From: Octopus vulgaris
Lineage: Eukaryota
Length of the DNA stretch: 64,000 bases
Direction of reading: 5' to 3'
Assembly (NCBI GenBank): GCA_951406725.2
Contig: OX597824.1
Location: 6,200,001 to 6,264,000, forward strand
Each line of letters opens with the position of its first letter. Positions within the stretch are counted from its first letter, which is position 1. Both the position numbers and the translations under genes were made by a program. The notes beneath the pieces were generated by a model. The model had not been told where the DNA came from, did not search any database, and saw only the letters and a list, made by a program, of their open reading frames with translations. Of this stretch, positions 55,519-64,000 are shown piece by piece.

Positions 55519-56039
55519 AAATCAATGGCAGAGCATCTGCGTTATAATAATAGAAATGGCAGCCAACTCTCCCTCAAAATACACTATACCTTCTTGCGTG
55601 ATGAAACAGTTTTCTATAACATAATATGAAATACATTAATTCAAGTACACCAGTACACACACATGTATAGGTATTATATAAGTATACATATATATGCGTG
55701 TGTGTGTACATGTGTGTGTGATTGTGCATGATTGTGTGTGTGAATGTGTTTGGGGGGTATTTTATTTTCTTACATACAATATGACTGCCAGTGTGTTTCT
55801 GACTCTCTTCTATGTATCTTTTACATGGTCACTCACCTTGTTCCCAATATCCTTTAAATTTGTCTCAAATCGTTTACTATCGTCTAAAGAAGTGACAGAA
55901 CCATTTTCAGACCGTGTCTTTCATAAACCGCCTGAAATCTTGCCAGGATAGTAATAGCATTTTGATGATAGAGTTGCTTAATCGGAGACTGCTTGAAATA
56001 AGATAGCAACGACGAAAATATAGTAATAATTTCAACTTC

Positions 56040-57139
56040 AGGGTTGGGGCCAGCAATGATTTCGAAAGCCACGGTTATGTGGTTGAGAATAAATTAAATA
56101 AGAGGAACAAACGGTTAAAATTCAACTTGAAAATATTTCATAACACTGATACTTTCATCAAAAGTGTCTGCTCGTAGACACTACTTGAAGAGAGAAGGAT
56201 GATCGTTTAGTGTGCTAAATTTCCAATCGAACCATTCTTTTCGAGAACGGAACGTTTATCAAGAAGGAAAGAATTGGTGTAAGTATAAACAAACAGGACA
56301 GCTATAAAGGCAAAATCTTCGAGCTGACTTCGAAGAGCATCGGAAGTAGAAAATGTACAACAAAACAAAGGTAAGTGAAAACAGTTGTTTATGTTTGTGA
56401 GAAAACGGTAAAGGATCGGTTATAATGAAGTGAGATTTATAAATAGAAAGGCCACACGAAAACCGTCACAAATACTTAAGCAGCACGCAAGGTTACAATG
56501 AGCCAAAGAAAAGAAATCGTAGGGTGTGAATGATTGGTTAAAAGTGATTTACATTAATTAATCAGGAATCTGTAATGACTAAGAGATTATATCGGAAATT
56601 TCTATCTGGTATTGTTCTAATGAAACATAAATAAATGATAACCAACAAAAAACAATCCAATTCTTCCACTCGTTTAAGAAATGGGATTGTAGGAAAGGAA
56701 AGAATTGAGGGGATGGCAATCCTTTTCTCAAACATCTCGTGTGTTTACTGACATGCCGGACACTTTTCTCATAGGACAGATAAAAAAAATAGTATTATGA
56801 ATGTTAGATCTTTATTAAAGATTTTTTAAAAATAAAGATATATGAACTCAATGACTTAGCGAGGAAACAATGCGACTTATTTCCAATTTTATATTTATGG
56901 TTGAAATTTTCGACAATAGTCGGTGATACTTTTCCATACTGCAAAGGAATTTGTTTTCTATTCTCAAGTAGAAAATAGGCGTAGGAGTGGCTGTGTGGTA
57001 AGTAGCTTGCTTACCAGCCACATGGTTCCGGATTCAGTCCCACTGCGTGGCACCTTGGGCAAGTGTCTTCTACTATAGCCTCGAGCCGACCAAAGCCTTG
57101 TGAGTGGATTTGGTAGACGGAAACTGAAAGAAGCCCGTC

Positions 57140-57202
<63 letters not shown>

Positions 57203-57741
57203 AATGTATATGTTTGTGTGTCTGTGTTTGTCCCCCCAACATCGCTTGACAACCGATGCTAATGTGCTTATGTCCCCGTAACTTAGCGGTTCGGCAAAAG
57301 AGACCGATAGAATAAATACTTGGCTTACAAAGAATATGTCCTGGGGTAAAAGAGTAAAAGAGTAAGTTAGAGGGAGCTTACATGAAATTATTGTCTGTCC
57401 TTGGGGATGTTTTTGCCTCAGAGAATTAGTAACTGTATGAAAGCCTGAATATAAGCAACAAAGTATTGATTATAATTTATATTTATTTTGATGGTTCCAT
57501 AATTTTTTCTTCGGCACTGAGTGATTTCCATAATTATTCATTTGAGATTATCTGGACACAAATGTGTAATTAATTACAGCAGTTTGTCTCATTTGTTTGC
57601 TATATGTCACACGATGCCGGAAGCTTCAGTTATTAAACAAAAATTGTTTCGTGTCATTTCTTGTGTATATTTAGCATGAAAGAAAAGAGCTGAACAAACA
57701 TACTACACGTGTGATTGCGTCATAAATTTTGTCGTGCGTTG
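56040..57741 (+). mobile_element. Degenerate Tc1-like transposon interrupted by a SINE
   Basis: RKCTTKQ...VCEKTVKDRL...RKATRKP...RLQ*AKEKKS*GVNDWLKVI; LPQRI...ATKY* near 57400-57470; TIR-like ...cataaattttgtcgtgcgttg|TA; left end uncertain. Confidence 0.7.
56978..57365 (+). mobile_element. SINE family A with deletion before the tail
   Basis: Family A head and body; jumps from ctggggt to aaaagagtaaaagag. Confidence 0.92.
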
Positions 57742-58334
57742 TAAAGTCAATAGAAGCGGAGTGAACAGCTCAGTCTTGCAGCAAGATTAAAGCCATTTCC
57801 ATTCATTCGCACATCTAATACACTTAAGAAGCGAACGAATGGTACACAATTTCATTACAATTGCTTCTAAAAACGAGGCATTTTCTTTTAAGCTGGAAAT
57901 CAATATTGATGAATCACCTATGTACGCTGATAAGTAGATGAAGAGGATTTACTGTAGGCGTTGAAATGAAACGGTAAACGATCCAGCAGGGATAATATCT
58001 AAACTGCAACATATCATTTCGAGTAATGTTGAAGTCTAGAAATAGTGGTCACAACACCCTGGCATCATAGCATCACCTTCGTAAAATAATAGTTCGACTA
58101 ATGTAATACTTGCGAAAAGGCGAACACAGACATGCACACACAAGGAGACCGAGGTGCATACATATACAAGCACATGCTCACATACATACATACATAGAAA
58201 ATACACAAACACGGACATGCAAGCACATAAATATGCAGGATACATATATACATATGCATACACACACACATATATATATACATACATACACATGCAAACA
58301 CACACATACATACGTACATGCATGCATATATATA

Positions 58335-58567
58335 TATTTCTTTACTACCCACAAGGGGCTAAACATAGAGAAGACAAACAAGGACAGACAAAGAGATTAA
58401 GTCGATTACATCGACCTCAGTGCGTAACTGGTACTTAATTTATCGACCCCGGAAGGATGAAAGGCAAAGTCAACCTCGGCGGAATTTGAACTCGGAACGT
58501 AACGGCAGACGAAATATGGCAACGCATTTCGCCCGGTGTGCTAACGTTTCTGCCAGCTCGTCGCCTT
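58335..58567 (-). mobile_element. SINE family B, full length
   Basis: TSD catgcatatata (58321-58332 and 58568-58579). Confidence 0.92.
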
Positions 58568-59875
58568 CATGCATATATAGGCACACACACACACACACAC
58601 ACACTGACCCGCACTCATGCGCACAAACAAACAAAAGGAAACGCTGTGTAAATAACGGACAGAGTCAAAAGTATTCAAAAGGTTGCCAGACGCAATGAAA
58701 ATTTTAGGAAAATAAAAATAAGAAAAAAAGTGGAAATTTTACCGGTGAGTGTGTTAAATAATAAGGCACAAAAAGAAAATGACTCTCCCCAGACACAACA
58801 AAGATAAATGAAATATATTCGAAAAGAAGTCTGAGCGATCTAATCTGAGCTGAGGTTAAACACGACTCTCAACATCAACAATTACATAAGAATGAGTGCC
58901 AACTGTGGATCAGTTCTAAGAATTGACATAAACAAATAGTCCTGATACATCTTATATTACGGGTGAAGAATACTTACCGTTGCCGAGTTATCTGGTGGTT
59001 ATAATTTACCTCAATAAATCGATTTTGATGAGGGGAACATTACGGACTAGACTATACAACATTGTTTCCATATTGTCGGTCGTGTAACTACAAGCTTTTG
59101 ACATTGTCTTGTAAACCTCCCCGTTATTTCTCCTCTTCTTACTATCTCACTCTATCATTCATACTTTTTGGAGATTAGTGTAAAACCGGGCGGATGAGTG
59201 ATGTCCACATGGGTGAAATGAAATTGTATCTTTTGCTTTTTTTTGTTTTTTTGCTCCTTGCGTTTCGTCACATCAATGTGGTTGAATCTCAGATGACCTC
59301 ACTTTCCAAGTTACTGAGGTACTTTAGACACCGCCCAGTGACGGCATGATCAACTGCTTGGTGATTAGACCTCATAGCAATAAAACCTTTTGGTGGTCTA
59401 CCATTGCTCTGACAGACAGCATAAATGTGGAAATGCGTTAATGCCTTTAAGCGAGAAGAGCAAGCAAACCAGCATCATCTAGATATATACCCATGTCACT
59501 GCTCTCGCTCTTTAAAGTGCTGGAGTGATCTGTGCTCAAGAAATTACCACCAATTATCAGATTTTACAAACCACTAAGAAGTCGGTTTAGGTATAAATGA
59601 ACACATTAGAGCAGGTGAGACTCTCATTCTTTAAATTGAGCCAAGATATGTAAGAACAGGCCAAATTTGTAGGCAGGGATGTGGTTACCAATGCTAAAAA
59701 TTGCCCATAATCATCAAATGTAAAAGAGTATTAAACTGTTGGACAAGTTGGAAAGTCTTTAGAAGGAGATGCTAAAACTAAAAGGGTATACCTAACCGAT
59801 CAGTGCCAGGGATAACTTTGCTGGATCATCATATCTGCGACAGACTTACAATAAAATTCTTTAAACTTTGATGCG

Positions 59876-60024
59876 CAGACAACATAGCTATACCCTAATA
59901 ACCCACACAACATAGCTATATCCTAATAACCCAGACAACATAGCTATACCCTAATACCCCATACAACAAAATTATACCCTTATAACCCACACAACATAGC
60001 TATACCCTAATAACCCAGACAACA
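59876..60024. repeat. 28-bp minisatellite, about 5 copies (cagacaacatagctataccctaataacc)
   Basis: Visible tandem units. Confidence 0.92.
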
Positions 60025-60029
60025 TTATT

Positions 60030-62017
60030 GAATTAGAAACATTTCTTATCAGAGTCATTCAGACTATGAAGACTTTATTCGATAAATGGCACAGGAACCA
60101 TCAGACAAGCCAAATCCTGCAAACACATCTCAGTAACAAATAATTTTACCTCGAGAGGCATCGTAGATACCTTTATTCTGTAAAGCCTTAACATTCAGAG
60201 AATATCTAGACGGCACCTTCTTCTAACAACTTACAAATCTTCAATTGCTGTAATATTGCGGAGCACCTGGTCAAAAGTACATCAATTTCCAGAATAAATT
60301 GGAGCGGCTCATATGGCTGTGAAGATCAATTACAGATCAATACATTTTTAACAAGTGATATTCAGGAGGAGAAACTGCATTTTGAGTATAATATATACAA
60401 CTATCTGAAGTCTTTCGACAGTGTTTTCTTCTCTTGGATCGTGGAAATATTAGTAATAATCTCACATTTTTAGTAATATTAGTAATAATCTCTTTTAAGG
60501 CGGCGAGCTGGTAGAATCGTTAGCACGCCGGGCGAAATGCTTAGCAGTAGTATTTCGTCTGCCGCTACGTTCTGAGTTCAAATTCCGCCGAGGTTGACTT
60601 TGCCTTTTATCCTTTCGGCGTCGATTAAATAAATACCAGTTACGCACTGGGGTGGATATAATCGACTTAATCCGTTTGTCTGTCCTTGTTTGTCCTCTCT
60701 GTGTTTAGCCCCTTGTGGGTAGTAAAGAAATAAGTAATAATCTCACACATTGAATACGTCAAGGGTGTAGGCAACATGTCTGTATTCACAAACGAAAAGA
60801 ATTATGAGATATGACACAATCTGTAACAACAAGAATAATATTCCAAAGAGATCCATCTTGGGATTCCTCTTCTGCTTGGCAGTAAAAACATTAACGAATA
60901 TGTTAAAGAGTACTGAATTCAAATAGCAATGGTGCCGGAAGACAATCTTTTCAATATGGATGGCCATGTGTATGCTGTTGATGACACGCAAGTAGAAACA
61001 CGGCTATTACAGTTCACTGTTTTAACAGAGAAACTTATATGAGATTCGGATAAGAAAAATAAGGTAAAGCAACACTGAAGAGGCGCGGTGATTAATAAAT
61101 AACATTACTACCATTTTGGATAAAGAAAAACATTAGAAACTTACAATAAACTGCATTACAAATCAACAATCTAACACAATACAAGAGGTAAATACCTAAA
61201 TTGCATAGCCTCTAGCGAAGGAATATTATAGATCCATTAGACTGGTATATAAAATATTGCTATGTGATAAAAAATAAGGTAATTGACGACATTTTTCTAG
61301 CTGTCCCCGTAAAATGCTGTAGTTATAACATTTTCAATTGGATGTAAAAATGAAATATCAAGATTTGATAGAAAACAAAAACTCTGATGGTTGTATTTAG
61401 AAGCATCAACGAAACATCGAACGTAGACCATGTTTACCTCGATTATTTATGGAGGAGTTTTATGTTATTCGATTTGATTATATAATGACTAGTTTTAAAT
61501 AACGCCACCACAAACCTGAGATTGAATCATAACATTTATCTCAATTACAGGGCGTGAGGGCTTATGTGATATAGGTCCACACAAGTATTCATATCTAAAG
61601 ATATAACATTGGAAAACTAATAAACGTAGCTATATGTTACGAACAAAACAAGATATGTTTACTGTCCTAAAGATCTCCAATAAATACCAAGATGGAGGTG
61701 GGAATGACATTACACCGAGTTGAGAAATTAGAACCACAGTAAATGTGAAACTAAATGTAAGCTAAAAATTGCAGGAAAGAATATTTTGTTAAAATAATGG
61801 CAAGAAACAGCCTCCCATAGACAATAATCAAAATTCGACATAGGATGGAGATGGAAAAAGAAAAACCGAAACTGTGGTTAAGCCTTAAGGGTTCATGAAT
61901 GCCGCGCAAAGTCACAGGCTTTTCATCGAAAAGTGTTAAAACATTGTATCGAAGAAGAATCCACACGAGAAATTCCAAAACATTTGGAGAATTGGAAGAA
62001 AGAATTTACTCGGTTGG
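60030..62017 (+). mobile_element. Degenerate R4/Dong-like non-LTR retrotransposon RT region
   Basis: SGSYGCEDQLQIN, LKSFDSVFFSWIVEIL, IFQRD..LFCLAV, LFNMDG.VYA (LYMDDLKLYA), MRFG, GFMNAAQ (EGFxxAAQDQ) in collinear order; may extend upstream to about 59600. Confidence 0.75.
60497..60732 (+). mobile_element. SINE family B, full length, nested in the R4/Dong relic
   Basis: 15-bp TSD agtaataatctcaca (60452-60466 and 60733-60747). Confidence 0.93.
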
Positions 62018-62033
62018 AACAAATGTTTATACC

Positions 62034-62266
62034 TATTTCTTTACTAACCACAAGGAGCTAAACACAGAGAGGACAAACAAGGACAGACAACCGGATTAAC
62101 TCGATTATATCGACCCCATTGCGTAACTGGTACTTAATTTATCGATCCCGAAATGATGAAAGGCAAAGTCGACCTCGGCGAAATTTGAACTCAGAAAATA
62201 GCGGCAGACGAAATACTGCTAAGCATTTCGCCCGGTGCGCTAACGTTTCTGCCAGCTCGCCGCCTT
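62034..62266 (-). mobile_element. SINE family B, full length
   Basis: 16-bp TSD aacaaatgtttatacc (62018-62033 and 62267-62282). Confidence 0.93.
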
Positions 62267-63004
62267 AACAAATGTTTATACCACTTCAAAACTGGTGGCG
62301 TTTAACCAAGTGGTTTCGTTTTTCCCATTACAGAAGCATATGACGTATATTCCGTGACAGATAACATTTCAACAGGTCTTTCTCTACAATTACTGTGTGA
62401 ATAGTTTATTTCTACTGCTTTCAGTTAAAGGGAGGGTTAGAAATATTTTCAATATTCCACGTTCTTTTATTTCTGCAGGAGAAATGACGCTGTACCAACA
62501 GCAAAAGGATATGTGCATTTTATGGGGATAGAGCCATAGCTGAGAGGACTGTCTGAAAGTAGTCCGTTAGGTTTAAGCATGAAACTTTTCATCCGAAAGA
62601 ACATTCCGGCAGGCCTACAGTCATTGATGATGACTAAATCGAAATGCTAATCAAAATGGATCCCTGTCACACGACACGATGCATTGCAAATGGATTCCAT
62701 ACATCTAATACGAATTAGCTTTAAATATCACTTAAACACACTTGACTAAGTAAATTGTTATGTTTGGGTCCTTCATAATTTAACGGAAAAAATTTAATAG
62801 GTTACATTTCAGCCTGCGATTCTCTGTTGGGATGTAATAAAAAGCCACCCATTTTTCAAAAGAACGCCTACGTGTGGTGAAAGGTGTTTACACAAATATA
62901 GAGTGAAAATGACCAGGAGAAAACGAAACGAACCAGCTTTAATCACCTCAAAACCTGGTTAGTATCTGAAGGAGCTAATGCATCTAGTGTGATTGGTAGG
63001 GTAC

Positions 63005-63405
63005 CGTATGTTACGAATCCTTCCGCAAAATTAGAAGCCGATATCAGAAAGCTATTGTTCCCAGATTGACTGATTAAATATGGCGTCGATGAAAAATGTA
63101 GAGATTTGGCCAACTAGAAGGGTGTCGTCTTCCTTTAGGACAACATGAGACCTCATATTTTCTTGGAGACCGGACTGAAATTCCAACAGCTGGCATGTCC
63201 TACCACGACCACCCTACTCGTGTGACTTTGAAACTTCTGAATACCATTTATTTCGATCCCTACAGAATTCTCTTCAGAGAAAGAACTTCAATTCTTTGGA
63301 AGACTGTAAAAACTACTTAGAGCATTTAATGCCCAGAAGGCTGGAAAGTTCTGGAAGGATGGAATCATGATCCAACGACAGAGATAGCGAAAGTGGAACA
63401 CAATA
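63005..63405 (+). mobile_element. Mariner (DD34D) transposase pseudogene fragment
   Basis: LAN*KGVVFL*DNMRPH, VLPRPPYSCDFETSEYHLFRSLQNSL (YSPDLAPSDYHLF), FNSLEDCK, KFWKDGIM. Confidence 0.88.
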
Positions 63406-63459
63406 CATGGGGTGCTCGGAATAAATCCGGCGATTATTTATGTCTCTTTTTTTAGGAAC

Positions 63460-64000
63460 AACTTGACTTTTTGTCGAACAGTCAATGGTGTTGGAGAGCA
63501 TAAGTATTAAATTCATGATTGAGTACAACTTTAATCTTTTATGCTGACATATTGGACTGGAAGCCATTTAAATACTGGAATAAAGTTACCTGCATCATAA
63601 TGATTCCCGTCTGATCGAAATGCCGACAACGTAACTGCTGCTCAATGCTCTGGGAACACTGCAAAGGCTTTACGGCGTAATATATGCAGCTGCAACAGAA
63701 GCTACAAAGCTGAGGCCACCAGGAAAGCACATAGCAGTTGTTCTGACTGCATCTACACGCCCAAATTAATCCGACTGCAGGACAAGGTGTTGGAAGATCT
63801 GACTTTGAGGAAAGACATGGGTGTTGTAGTCGCTATCACAAAGCTTACCCTGGATATGGAGCTTTGCTGGCACTTGTGAACGAGGTGAAACGGAATTCCG
63901 ACTCTCAAGGCCATGGAAAGGCAGTGGACGAAATCAAAAATTGTTTCTGAGCAAGCTGAGACATCCTGCTGATCTGGTTCTTTTCTATAAGTCACCAAAT
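63460..64000 (+). mobile_element. hAT (Charlie/SPIN-like) transposase relic
   Basis: WNKVTCII, DCIYT...MGVVVAITK (HCIIH...MxxVVxxVN), ALVNEV, VDEIK; frameshifted; runs off the window. Confidence 0.5.

Noticed and set aside
59876-60024. 28-bp repeats of CRISPR-like length
   Set aside because: Head-to-tail with no unique spacers, eukaryotic context, no cas genes

Overview
AT-rich eukaryotic non-coding DNA saturated with microsatellites. The SINE, Penelope and microsatellite content strongly suggests an octopus (coleoid cephalopod) intron or intergenic region; the organism is my inference. No host protein-coding gene can be called: almost all listed ORFs are read-throughs of microsatellites or SINEs, or antisense reads of TE relics. 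Contents: (1) about 25 copies of three modular tRNA-derived SINE groups (A CORE-like, B Meta-like, C tRNA-head with two alternative tails), several with clean TSDs; (2) a full-length U2 snRNA pseudogene fused to a SINE 3' fragment inside one 12-bp TSD; (3) a complete non-autonomous Helitron and a mariner MITE; (4) a fold-back element; (5) relics of Tc1, mariner, hAT, intron-containing Chapaev3, Gypsy (integrase C-terminus, PPT, LTR), CR1-like, L1/Tx1-like, RTE, R4/Dong and at least two Penelope-like clades; (6) a short element with a tRNA-like head and an intact minimal hammerhead ribozyme, nested in the Chapaev end. The hammerhead element and the SINE-U2 chimera are the most interesting items. 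Family names come from recalled motifs, not from a database search, and the ends of degenerate elements are approximate.
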